Assembly: GCA_965229195.1 (NCBI GenBank)
Contig: OZ245871.1
Span: forward strand, 2,720,420 to 2,784,419
DNA: 64,000 nt
From: Candidatus Obscuribacterales bacterium
GTDB lineage: Bacteria > Cyanobacteriota > Vampirovibrionia > Obscuribacterales > Obscuribacteraceae
Reading direction: 5' to 3'
This document shows, piece after piece, positions 28,907-38,066 of the stretch (position 1 is its first letter; every line of letters begins with the position of its first letter). The position numbers and the translations under genes are program-made. The notes below the pieces were generated by a model, which saw only the letters and a list, made by a program, of their open reading frames with translations, did not search any database and had not been told where the DNA came from.

Positions 28907-30046
28907 ATGTTAGATTCAAACCATTTACCAACTGATCGCACTGCTCCAGCTGCCCTTGGCGGTAACAGTGCTGGTGTGCAGCGTGAATTGCTAGAGCAAT
29001 ATAGAATTCCTGCTCGTAGCAATGGCGCTTGCTCGCTCAATGATGCTTGCTCGCCCTTTAAGCCCGACTATGAGCGCAGAACTGAGTCTGGTCGTGCCTG
29101 GGACAAAGAAGCAAAGAAACAGCAAGGTAGCGGATTTGAAGTTGGCCCTGATGGCAAATATGAAGTGAAGCCTGGCGATAGCCTCTGGGGCATAGCTGAG
29201 CGGGCCATCAAGAAAGAAGGCGGCAAGTCTTCGCCAGCTGAAGTGCAGAAGCGCGTCAAAGAGCTGGTCGAAGCTAACAAAGAAAACTTACCAGGGCTTG
29301 ATTGCAATCCTCATTTATTGAAGCGCGGTGGAAAACTGAATATTCCAGGGCGTACCAATCAGGAGCAGCCGTCAGAAAAACCAGCGGAAAATCCAACACC
29401 GGGTAACGCCGCTAAGCCGTCAGAAAAACCCGCAGAAAATCTAACACCGGGTAACGCCGCTAAGCCGTCAGAAAAACCAGCAGAAAATCTGACACCAGGT
29501 AACGCCGCAAAACCTTCTGACAGCAGCTCAGACAAACCCAGCGACAAACCTGGTGAGGCTGTCCGACCTGATGATGTCTGCAAGCCTGCTGATATCTACA
29601 AAGATATGGCTAAGTTTCCCGAGCTCAGCCCCAAGGAATATTTCACGGCTTGCCGCATCAGCAAGGCTGTCATCGACGGTGATGCCGAAGCATTGAAGAA
29701 AGCCATGAGTGATTTTCCCGCCAACAAAGAATCTGGTGAGCGAGTTGCCCGCGCTCTCAATGAGACCTTCAGAGATCAGGGAATAGTGGTGGACTATAAC
29801 CAATACAACTTCTATCGCGCCTCTACTCCTGATAAGCAAGAGACAGCTAGTTCTTTCCGCATCTACCATCGCGGAGCTGAGCGTTATTTAGAAGTTGGCA
29901 AAGACAATGTTGGTATGGGTGGACCGGTGCGCCAGGGGCCTGGTGGCTCTATCGACTATGGAACGGTAGCCTATCACGGCGAAAGTCAACGCAAAGCAAC
30001 CATTGATGATCTCGCAGCAGCAATGAGACGCCGTTATTGTCCGTAA
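28907..30046 (+). CDS. LysM-domain protein with three tandem 16-aa repeats (KPSEKPAENxTPGNAA).
   Basis: LysM-like segment YEVKPGDSLWGIAERAI. AGGAAG RBS. 3 x 48-bp DNA repeats at 29369-29512. Confidence 0.7.
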   Translation: MLDSNHLPTDRTAPAALGGNSAGVQRELLEQYRIPARSNGACSLNDACSPFKPDYERRTESGRAWDKEAKKQQGSGFEVGPDGKYEVKPGDSLWGIAERAIKKEGGKSSPAEVQKRVKELVEANKENLPGLDCNPHLLKRGGKLNIPGRTNQEQPSEKPAENPTPGNAAKPSEKPAENLTPGNAAKPSEKPAENLTPGNAAKPSDSSSDKPSDKPGEAVRPDDVCKPADIYKDMAKFPELSPKEYFTACRISKAVIDGDAEALKKAMSDFPANKESGERVARALNETFRDQGIVVDYNQYNFYRASTPDKQETASSFRIYHRGAERYLEVGKDNVGMGGPVRQGPGGSIDYGTVAYHGESQRKATIDDLAAAMRRRYCP

Positions 30047-30149
30047 AATTTTCGTCCTTCAGCGAGCGTGATAAATAGCCTCTGTGTTTTTGAAGCCAAT
30101 GCTATTTTCGCGTTTTCTGACAATTCTGTTTTTCTCGAGGGGGAGGAAG

Positions 30150-30345
30150 AGGTGTGGTTGCTAAATGCCAACCACACCTCTTCCGTGCATGTGACTGTAG
30201 GTGTGGTTGCTAAATGCTAACCACACCTCTTCCGTGTCTGTGTTTGTAGGTGTGGTTGCTAAATGCTAACCACACCTCTTCCGTGTCTGTGTTTGTAGGT
30301 GTGGTTGCTAAATGCCAACCACACCTCTTCCGTGCGTGTGTCTGT
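30150..30345. repeat. Tandem array of 4 x 49-bp units. Each unit contains a 10-bp perfect inverted repeat (AGGTGTGGTT-gctaaatgcY-AACCACACCT) followed by CTTCCGTGyntgtgwyTGT.
   Basis: Unit boundaries 30150, 30199, 30248, 30297. The units differ at only a few positions. Confidence 0.9.
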
Positions 30346-30395
30346 ATATCCGATCGACTTACCTTGGCTGCTCGGCAATTTTGCCTCAAAACGGC

Positions 30396-30437
30396 ATTTG
30401 GCTGCCTAGTGCTAGCTTCGCCAAGGGGCAGCCAAAT
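30396..30437. other. 11-bp perfect-stem hairpin (ATTTGGCTGCC…GGCAGCCAAAT) with a 20-nt loop containing a CTAGTGCTAG palindrome.
   Basis: Seen in the sequence, 50 nt after the tandem hairpin array in the same 860-bp intergenic region. Confidence 0.5.
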
Positions 30438-30906
30438 TAGAGATTTGCATGGGTAAGCAGCTACTCTTTCAATTATTAAGATGACCGCTCAGCCTCATGG
30501 GGTGAGCAATTGCTTGCCTGGGTTGACCTTTGACAACCTGGATGGTTAGCGCCAACTGCGTCGATTTAATAATCTAGCTTGGCAAGCTTAGAGAATACTA
30601 CTTTACATCAATCTGTAATATGCGCCTTGGCGGGCTGCTAATTCGTAGGTTTTGAGTTCCACAACTCTTCCCGTTCGCACCCAAGCAAAGCACTCGAAAA
30701 ACAAACCCAGCGCATTACTTTCGATTCCTTCACCTTCCCCACAATGGAAGCGTGTCTTATCGAACGTCTGTTGATGTGCTGCGGTTTTGATTTTTATGAG
30801 TGCTGAGCTGGTCAATTCTGGAAGAGACGGTATCTAACTGTGCAATCGCGTCTGTGCTGCGAACCATCGGCTCCGTTGCACCATCAATTTCACCAAAGGA
30901 CAATTC

Positions 30907-33094
30907 TATGGACACCATGCTGTCACTGCTTCCCTGGCTTCCGGCCCTTCTCGGTCTGGTCGCTCTCGGCTTTCTGGCCACACGTTTCATCGTCAACGTC
31001 GGCCCTACCGAAATCGCCATCACCGAACGCCGCTTCCTCGGCAAGAAACTGCCTTCCAACCGCGCTTTTGCCTTGTCGGGCGAAGTCGGTATCCAGGCGG
31101 CTTACCTCTCCCCCGGCCTGCACTTCATTTTCTGGCCGATCACCCGCGTCATCAAGAAGGCTCCCTTCGTGGTGATCGGCTCCGGCCAACTTGGCGTCAT
31201 CACTGCTGCCGACGGCGAGTCCATGCCCTCTGGTCGCGTCTACGCTGAAGATGCCGCTGGCGATGCCCATGGCTCCTTCCAGGACCCGGCGGGCTTCCTC
31301 ACCAACGGCGGTATCCGCGGTAAGCAGCTGCGCTTCCTCACCAACGGTACGTTCAAGATTCACCCCTTCCTCTTCAAGGTCGACCTGATCGACAAGACTG
31401 TCGTGCCTGAAGGCAGTATTGGTGTTGTCACCGCTGCTGACGGTGCATCGTTGATCGAAGGCCAGCTGCTTGGTCAGCGCGCCACCGGTCACGACAACTT
31501 CCAGAAGGGTGAAACCTTCCTCAAGAACGGCGGCCAGAAGGGTCCGCAGATCGACTTCCTGCGTCCTGGTACCTACAACATCTTCTCCGACATGTTCAAG
31601 GTCGAGATGAAGCCGGCCATTCAGGTCAAGGAAAACCAGATCGGTATCGTCGAAGCCAAGTCGGGTGACCCGATGGGCAAAGACGACGTCGTTGCCGCTA
31701 CCCCCGAGATGAGCCTGCACATGTCCTACCAGGACGGCCAGGCCTTCCTCAACGGCGGTGGTAAGCGCGGCCCTCAGGAAGAGGTGCTTCGCCCCGGTAC
31801 GTACTACGTCAACCCCTACCTGTTCTCTATCACCATGCAGCCGCAGACGGTGATCAAGCAGGGCGAAGTGGGCGTGATGATCTCCAACATCGGCAAGGAC
31901 CCGACCGAACTGTTCGGCGAAGAAGCTCCGACTGCGGCGCCTGCTACCAAGCTGCCGGCCGTCATCAAGGCTCCGGCTGCTGCTGGCGCCACTGACGTCT
32001 CGGTCGCCGACAGCTCGCCGCTGACCGCTGGCGCCACTGACCCCGAGGAGACCCGCCACAACACCGGCGTGCGCGCTCGTCACGTGGTGCCGAAGGGCTA
32101 CCGCGGCATCCAGAAGGAAGTGCTCAACCCGGGCAAGTACAACATCAACCCGCTGGCCTTCTCGGTCATCGTGGTGCCCACCACCACTCGTTCCATCGAG
32201 TGGTCCGAGAACGAAAGCGCCAAGGACTTCGACCCGTTTGCTGTCGTTTCGCGCGACGGCTTCACCATGCAGGTTGAAGTGCGCTGCCAGTACCGCATCC
32301 TGCCCGAGAACGCGCCGTACGTGGTGCAGAAGCTGGGTTCGGTGGAAGAGCTGGAGAAGAACGTTCTGCATCCGCAGATCGACGGTATCTTCCGTGCCCA
32401 GGTCTCTCGTTCGCCGGCCATCAACTATCAGCAGGAGCGTGCCACCGAGCAGCTCGACGCTGAGAACGCCGTGAAGAGCGACCTGGTCAAGTACAAGGTC
32501 GAAGTGGTGTCGGTGATGATCTGCAACATCAAGCTCCCGCAGGAGCTGATGCACACCACCCAGGAGCGCAACCTGGCCGAACAGCGCGAGACGATGTACG
32601 ACGCCCAGGAAAAGGCGGAGAAGCGTCGTATCGAGTTCCAGGCCACCAAGTCGCAGGCTGACCAGCAGGACACCATCATCAAGGCCAAGGCTGGTATCGA
32701 GGTGGCCAAGCACGAGGCGGCTCAGATGGAAGAGCGCGCCAAGGGTAAGGCTGCTCAGACCCGCATCGAAGCGGAAGCTGATGCGGGCCGCGTCAAGACC
32801 GTCGGTGATGCCGAAGCCGGTGTCATCAAGGCCAAGGGTGAAGCGACCGCTGAAGCCTACTCCAAGCAGGTGGAAGCGCTGACCGCTCAGGGCGTTACCT
32901 CCATCGAGGTGACCAAGCTGCTCACCGCTTCTGGTCAGGCTCTGGTGCCGCAGGTTGTTGCCGGTGGCGACAACGGCGGTGGCAATGGTCTGGTCAATCT
33001 TCTGCTCGCCGACACGCTCATTCGCAACCGCGAAGAGAACGCTGCCGCGCGTGACCTGAAGAAGCCGGCCGCTGACACGACCGACAAGAAGTAA
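30907..33094 (+). CDS. SPFH/band-7 (flotillin-like) membrane protein with three internal ~70-aa N-terminal repeats and an Ala/Glu/Lys-rich coiled-coil C-terminus.
   Basis: N-terminal TM helix. Repeated FLxNGGxxGxQxxxLRPGTY motifs. SPFH-like core followed by an EA-rich coiled coil (…AEQRETMYDAQEKAEKRRIEFQATKSQADQQ…). AAAGGA RBS. Two tandem terminators follow. Confidence 0.75.
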
Positions 33095-33168
33095 GCTCCA
33101 CTTCTTTTTTCGGACTGGGGGTGGCGTCGACTGACTTGAAAAAGTTAGTTGGCGCCACCGCCTTTTTT
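33089..33168 (+). terminator. Two tandem rho-independent terminators. The first is GAAGT-aagctcc-ACTTC + TTTTTT at the stop codon. The second is GGGGTGGCG…CGCCACCGCC + TTTTTT.
   Basis: Both are stem-loops immediately followed by T6 runs. Confidence 0.75.
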
Positions 33169-33194
33169 AACTCACCACTAAAGGCTATCCAATC

Positions 33195-33527
33195 ATGGAT
33201 GCTTTCCAACTTTTCCAACTTTTTGTCCCCGCCTTGTGGGCATTTCTTGCCTGCATCTTGGGCGGTTTCGCCACCGGCGTTGTCGGTGTACTGGTGTTGA
33301 CCAACGTCTTCAAGGTCAACTATGAAACGGCTGGTCGTCGCAGCTTTGTTGTCGGTGTCGTAGGAACGGCACTGGCCATCGTTGTCGGCGCTCTGCTCAC
33401 AGCTACCAGCGCTGGCGGTTTTCTGCCCGCGTTCATTCTTATCGCCCCTTCCAGTGTCATCTACGCCCTTGCTGGCGTGGTTGTCGTTTTGCTGGCGTGG
33501 GGGGCGCTCATTCTCTCAGCCCGATAG
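33195..33527 (+). CDS. Small integral membrane protein (110 aa, 3-4 TM helices).
   Basis: Very hydrophobic ORF directly downstream of the SPFH gene. A possible SPFH-partner membrane protein, by inference. Confidence 0.5.
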   Translation: MDAFQLFQLFVPALWAFLACILGGFATGVVGVLVLTNVFKVNYETAGRRSFVVGVVGTALAIVVGALLTATSAGGFLPAFILIAPSSVIYALAGVVVVLLAWGALILSAR

Positions 33528-33539
33528 GAGAAATATTCT

Positions 33540-34658
33540 ATGAACGGACCTGCTCTATTACTTGTCGGTGCGGTTGTTTTGATTGGTCTTGCGGTGATCG
33601 TCTATCGATCGCTGAAGGGCCCGAAGTTGCCTGCACCCAATCCTTTTGACGCCGTCAGCCCTTCGCGGCCGCCGGCTTTTCCTGACAGCGTCGGTGAGCC
33701 GGTGGCCGCAGTCGCTTCAACCGCCGCTGATTCTGACTCTGACCAGTCGGATCAGCAAGAAGAAGATGCCGAGCCGGAGGAAGCCATGACCATCGCAGCC
33801 TATGTCGCTCAAGCTGAAGAGCAAGAAAAAGACGCTGATTTCGATCAAGCCATCGACAGCATCAGCGAAGCCATCGCCCTCGCTCAGGTTGAGTTCGGTG
33901 GCGATTCGGTGGAAGTGGCTCAGCTCCTGATTCGTCAGGGTCAGCTCTTTCAGCTGCGCGATTACCAGGAAGCCGCCGATGAAATCGACTGCGCCGAGTA
34001 TCTGCAGGGTCTCGCCATTCTTCAGCAGCGCTACGGTGGCGAAAGCGAAGAGCTTTTGCCGGTGCTCAAGCTCTTGATCTCCTGGTACTACCAGACTGGT
34101 GACCAGCAGAAGGCCGAGACGCTCATTCGCCGCAGTCAGAACATCATCGATGCTGTTTCTGACGCCAAGCGACTTGTGGCTGATCGCGCTGATGGCAGCA
34201 CCTACGCCCCTACCTTGAAGGTTTCACCCTTCAAAGTGCCGTTCACGAGCAGCGACAGCACCGCTGTCGAGTCGTGCAAAGAAGGCGACGAAGCCTTCGC
34301 TGCCGGCGAATACGACGACGCGGTTTCGGCTTTCGAGTCGGCCATCGAATCGGTGCAAACCGAGGTCGGTCGCGGTGCTCCCGAGCTGGCTCAGCTCTTC
34401 CATCGCCTCGGCCGTGTGCTGCAGGTGAAGGATGCTGACGAGCGCGACGACGACGGTGCTTTGTACACCGACCCGGCCGACAACTTCCAGATTGCGCTCA
34501 GCTTGCTGGTCAAGGCCCATGGCTACGATGCCGTGGTGCTGGTGCCGCTGCTGCTCGACCTGGCTGCCTTTGAAGACCAGCGCGGTGAGCACTACAAGGC
34601 CGAGGGTTATCTGCGTCGGCTGGCCGAAATCGAGCGCAACGCTCGCAACAAGCAGTAA
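33540..34658 (+). CDS. Hypothetical membrane-anchored acidic protein with TPR-like helical repeats (372 aa).
   Basis: N-terminal TM helix, a D/E-rich linker and repeated helical units. Starts 12 nt after the previous stop. Confidence 0.55.
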   Translation: MNGPALLLVGAVVLIGLAVIVYRSLKGPKLPAPNPFDAVSPSRPPAFPDSVGEPVAAVASTAADSDSDQSDQQEEDAEPEEAMTIAAYVAQAEEQEKDADFDQAIDSISEAIALAQVEFGGDSVEVAQLLIRQGQLFQLRDYQEAADEIDCAEYLQGLAILQQRYGGESEELLPVLKLLISWYYQTGDQQKAETLIRRSQNIIDAVSDAKRLVADRADGSTYAPTLKVSPFKVPFTSSDSTAVESCKEGDEAFAAGEYDDAVSAFESAIESVQTEVGRGAPELAQLFHRLGRVLQVKDADERDDDGALYTDPADNFQIALSLLVKAHGYDAVVLVPLLLDLAAFEDQRGEHYKAEGYLRRLAEIERNARNKQ

Positions 34659-34840
34659 AAAGAATAAAGCTCAGCTGTTGGCTGGGTAAGGAAATTCTTT
34701 TGGAGGGTCGTCGGGTCAGGAACACGCTTGTGTTCTTGCTCTCCGGCGACCCTCCTTTTTTTTGCGGGATCAAAGCCGCAACACTATCGAAGTAGAAAAT
34801 AGAAGCATGACCACAATTGGTCAACTAGCGGAAAAATGCC

Positions 34841-35422
34841 ATGACACAAGGCAACAAGGCAGCAGTAGACAGCGACGCTGTGAACTCTAATACCAGCGCA
34901 GCTCTAGGTTCGGCGCTGATCGCCACCCACGAAGCACTGCTGCTCACTGAAGCTGTTCGTCAAATCGATCAAGCTCTATTCTGGGCTCAACAGGGTCGCT
35001 CTGACCTTGTTACTGTTTTCACTAACATGGCTAAGCTTATGCTCCTTGAGGGCAATGGCTCTGGCAGTGAAAGCGAGTATTGGATCGACACCACCCGTAG
35101 TGCCATCGCCATCGAGCTGCAGAATCCTCGGCATGCCGTCGACTGCGCCAGCAAGGCACTAGCTTTGGCCGAAGTTATCTTCGCCCAAGATGCAGTGCAG
35201 CTCGGCGTTGCTCGAGGTAACTTAGGTAGAGCGCTTGCTTGCAGCGGAGGCCAGGCGGAAGAGGCTCGCAAGCTTCTCTCGCAGGGTATCTTTGCTCTCG
35301 CTGGAGTGAGCCACAAGCCTGCTGCCAGTTCAGGTGCGACGGCCAGGTTGCAGAAGTACTACAGCGACACCTTCATCGAATTCACCCGGGCCATTCAGAG
35401 TCTCCCTCCGCGGCCGCGCTAG
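34841..35422 (+). CDS. Hypothetical protein with TPR-like helical repeats (193 aa).
   Basis: ORF with protein-like composition. No specific motif. Confidence 0.45.
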   Translation: MTQGNKAAVDSDAVNSNTSAALGSALIATHEALLLTEAVRQIDQALFWAQQGRSDLVTVFTNMAKLMLLEGNGSGSESEYWIDTTRSAIAIELQNPRHAVDCASKALALAEVIFAQDAVQLGVARGNLGRALACSGGQAEEARKLLSQGIFALAGVSHKPAASSGATARLQKYYSDTFIEFTRAIQSLPPRPR

Positions 35423-35611
35423 GCATTTGTTGTAGGAAAAGTAAGCTGGGAAAAGTCTTTACTATTGTGCTTTTCCCAGCACTTTCTTTTTGTCTTTTTC
35501 ATACTGTTTCAAATAGTACTACCGTGGTAAGTATAGTTGACGCCCTTGCAGCTTTTAGACAGCATGAGGGTAGCAGGACGAGGTTCACAGGCAGAAGCTA
35601 GCAGAACGACC

Positions 35612-36124
35612 TTAATAGGACGAACTCTTGGCTAGATCTTTGAACGGGTCTACTCCACTGTATCCCGCTTTTGCTGGCTTGAGCGGCGGAGCTACGCGGG
35701 CTGCCAAATTTATGCCATGCCATTGCCAGAACTCAATTTGCCCGCCTTTGCTGATCATTTCTGCTGATGGCAGATTAGGAAAAGGCGCAGCCTTGCTTAT
35801 CAATGCCAAGACTTGCTTCTCGAGGTCAGTGGGAGGCTTTTCAGAGATAATTTGGAGGTTTTTAATTCGGCCTTTCTTGTCGACGTTAAAGTTGCAGAGG
35901 ACGTTCTCATTCTCCGTTAGGTTCTGCTCTAGACTTTTGACTATTGACTGGTAGTCTTTCTGACCTTTGATTTTATCCTCTATTGATTCGGGGCCATAGT
36001 CGCGCTGACCTTTCAGGTCATCAAAAACTAGATCTCGATCGTGAGTTCCTGCCCAGGTGGCATTTACCGTTAGGGGCAGGGCTAAAAGGCTTGCTACTAA
36101 GAAATGCCAGCGCAAATATTGCAT
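35612..36124 (-). CDS. Secreted protein with a TonB-C-terminal-like domain (tentative).
   Basis: Signal peptide (LLALPLTVNATWA). The C-terminal segment resembles the TonB C-terminal fold (…VLCNFNVDKKGRIKNLQIISEKPPTDLEKQVLALISKAAPFPNLP). Confidence 0.45.
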   Translation of the reverse strand: MQYLRWHFLVASLLALPLTVNATWAGTHDRDLVFDDLKGQRDYGPESIEDKIKGQKDYQSIVKSLEQNLTENENVLCNFNVDKKGRIKNLQIISEKPPTDLEKQVLALISKAAPFPNLPSAEMISKGGQIEFWQWHGINLAARVAPPLKPAKAGYSGVDPFKDLAKSSSY

Positions 36125-36595
36125 ATTTGATTGACCTCGATTGCTAGTTTGTTGGCACAGGCATTAGTTCTTTCGCCTGTCTATTTATTCCCATATTGAG
36201 GCCATCCTACATCTTGCGTTACATCCAAATTTTGGCTGTGAGCTGAAAAGCCATTAAACATAGGCTTCTCGGGTATACACGTTTTCGTTAGTACGCATTC
36301 GAGAATCGACAGTCTATCTGGGTCGCCTGAAGATGAAAAAGTAAGTGGTGATGGCGCCTTGCCGGCGGGAGAGAGAAATGACTAATGTACTTCAACTACG
36401 AAATATCCCCTTCTTTGTTTTTATGCTTGCTTTGCTCTGCATTCTGCCTGAGCCAGCTTGTGCCTATCTAGATCCGTCTACTGGAAGCTATGCGATTCAA
36501 TGCGGCTTAGGTACTTTATTCGCTTTAGTATTCAATTCGCGCAGATTATGGGGTTGTGCTCAGTCTTACTTTTTCTCGATTGCGAGGAAGTGATT

Positions 36596-38011
36596 TTGAG
36601 TATTAGTACTAGAGAAGTCAGCACTTCCTCGTTTCGCGATCCGGCTGGCTGTGTTTTTCGAGAGAATAACGAGATCTATCGACAGGTCAACCTCGTGTAT
36701 AAGCCGCATTATGACTGGCTTTTTCAGTCAGGTTTGTATCAGGCCTTAGTGGCGAAAAATTTACTAATTGCCCATGAAGAAATTGAGTTGGTGAAAGAGG
36801 ATGAGCCGCAGGCTAAGTCTGCTGGCGATAATCGCACTAATATTTACAAGATTTGCAAACCCAAGCAAGTACCGTTTATTTCCTATCCCTACGAGTGGTG
36901 TTTTAGTCAACTGAAAGACGCGGCCTTAGCCACTCTTGAGATACAGTCTCTGGCTCTTAAGCATGGCATGATTCTCAAAGATAGCAATGCTTTCAATATT
37001 CAGTTTGTTAATGGTAGGCCTCTCTTAATAGATACACTCTCGTTTGAGCGCTATGAACCTGGCAGGCCGTGGGTCGCTTACCGGCAGTTTTGTCAGCATT
37101 TCTTAGCACCATTAGTATTGATGTCAACGGTAGATGTTCGCTTGGGTAGCCTTTCTCGCAACTATATTGACGGTATTCCCCTTGATCTAGCTTGCAAGCT
37201 TCTACCAACCCTGGCACTGATTCGTCCAAGCGTGGCAATACATTTAGCTATTCATGCTAATGCTCATAAAAACACAATTACTAAACTAGAATCTAGCGGT
37301 GAGCAATCGGGGTTCTCAAAAGATGCAATGTTGGGTCTTGTGGATAGCCTAAAGGGGGCTGTGGAAGCACTCAAGATTGCCAAAATCAAGTCTGATTGGA
37401 CTGGCTATTATGAAGACAATAACTACACTGAGGCGGCACAGCAGGAGAAGCAAAGGATCGTTTCTCGTTTGATCGACCAGACCAAACCAGGCATGCTCTG
37501 GGATTTTGGCGCTAATACCGGAACCTTTAGTGAGCTGTCGGCGGCTAAGGGAGTTTGCACTATATCAATGGATTTTGATCACAACTGCGTGGAGACGAAT
37601 TATCTAAAGAGTCGTGAATCGGGGCAGAATCTTTTGCCGCTGGTAGTAGACATGTCGCAACCAACACCGGCCATTGGTTGGGCCAATGCTGAAAGACAGA
37701 GGCTTGATCAGCGGGGCAAGGCCGATACAATTTTGGCTTTGGCACTGGTTCATCACTTGGCCATTGCTAATAATGTTCCTCTTGATCAAATTGCTGCTTA
37801 TTTTTCTAAGCTAGGCCATTGGCTAATTATTGAGTTTATTACCAAAGAAGATTCGCAAGTGAAACGCTTGCTGTCGAGCCGCAAAGACGTATTCGCCGAT
37901 TATTCCCAGGCATCTTTTGAAGCGAGCTTTTCGCAATATTTTTCTATCGTCGAACGCTTGCCCATTGTCGCTAGTCATAGAGCTATCTATTTACTTGAAA
38001 GTAAGGCCTAG
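36596..38011 (+). CDS. Class I SAM-dependent methyltransferase-domain protein with a large N-terminal domain. Start uncertain (TTG 36596, GTG 36590 or ATG 36458).
   Basis: Motif I-like LWDFGANTGTFSEL and a downstream acidic residue (SMDFDHN). GAGGAAG lies 5 nt upstream of the TTG. Confidence 0.6.
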   Translation: MSISTREVSTSSFRDPAGCVFRENNEIYRQVNLVYKPHYDWLFQSGLYQALVAKNLLIAHEEIELVKEDEPQAKSAGDNRTNIYKICKPKQVPFISYPYEWCFSQLKDAALATLEIQSLALKHGMILKDSNAFNIQFVNGRPLLIDTLSFERYEPGRPWVAYRQFCQHFLAPLVLMSTVDVRLGSLSRNYIDGIPLDLACKLLPTLALIRPSVAIHLAIHANAHKNTITKLESSGEQSGFSKDAMLGLVDSLKGAVEALKIAKIKSDWTGYYEDNNYTEAAQQEKQRIVSRLIDQTKPGMLWDFGANTGTFSELSAAKGVCTISMDFDHNCVETNYLKSRESGQNLLPLVVDMSQPTPAIGWANAERQRLDQRGKADTILALALVHHLAIANNVPLDQIAAYFSKLGHWLIIEFITKEDSQVKRLLSSRKDVFADYSQASFEASFSQYFSIVERLPIVASHRAIYLLESKA

Positions 38012-38066
38012 CCAAGGTAGAGACGAAATCAGGTGATTTTTTAGCCACATAGAGGTTTAAGCAAGT

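Noticed and set aside
30150-30345. Possible CRISPR array
   Set aside because: The 'spacers' between hairpins are nearly identical, 19 nt with 2-4 variable positions. No cas genes are present in the window. It behaves as a tandem repeat, not a CRISPR.
30923-32713. 596-codon minus-strand ORF
   Set aside because: Antisense to the flotillin/SPFH gene. Leu/Arg/Gly/Asp-rich with no motifs. An artefact of high GC3 on the sense strand.
36345-36593. 82-codon hydrophobic ORF upstream of the methyltransferase gene
   Set aside because: It would overlap the likely 5' region of the methyltransferase gene in another frame. No RBS. Could be a leader peptide but is unsupported.
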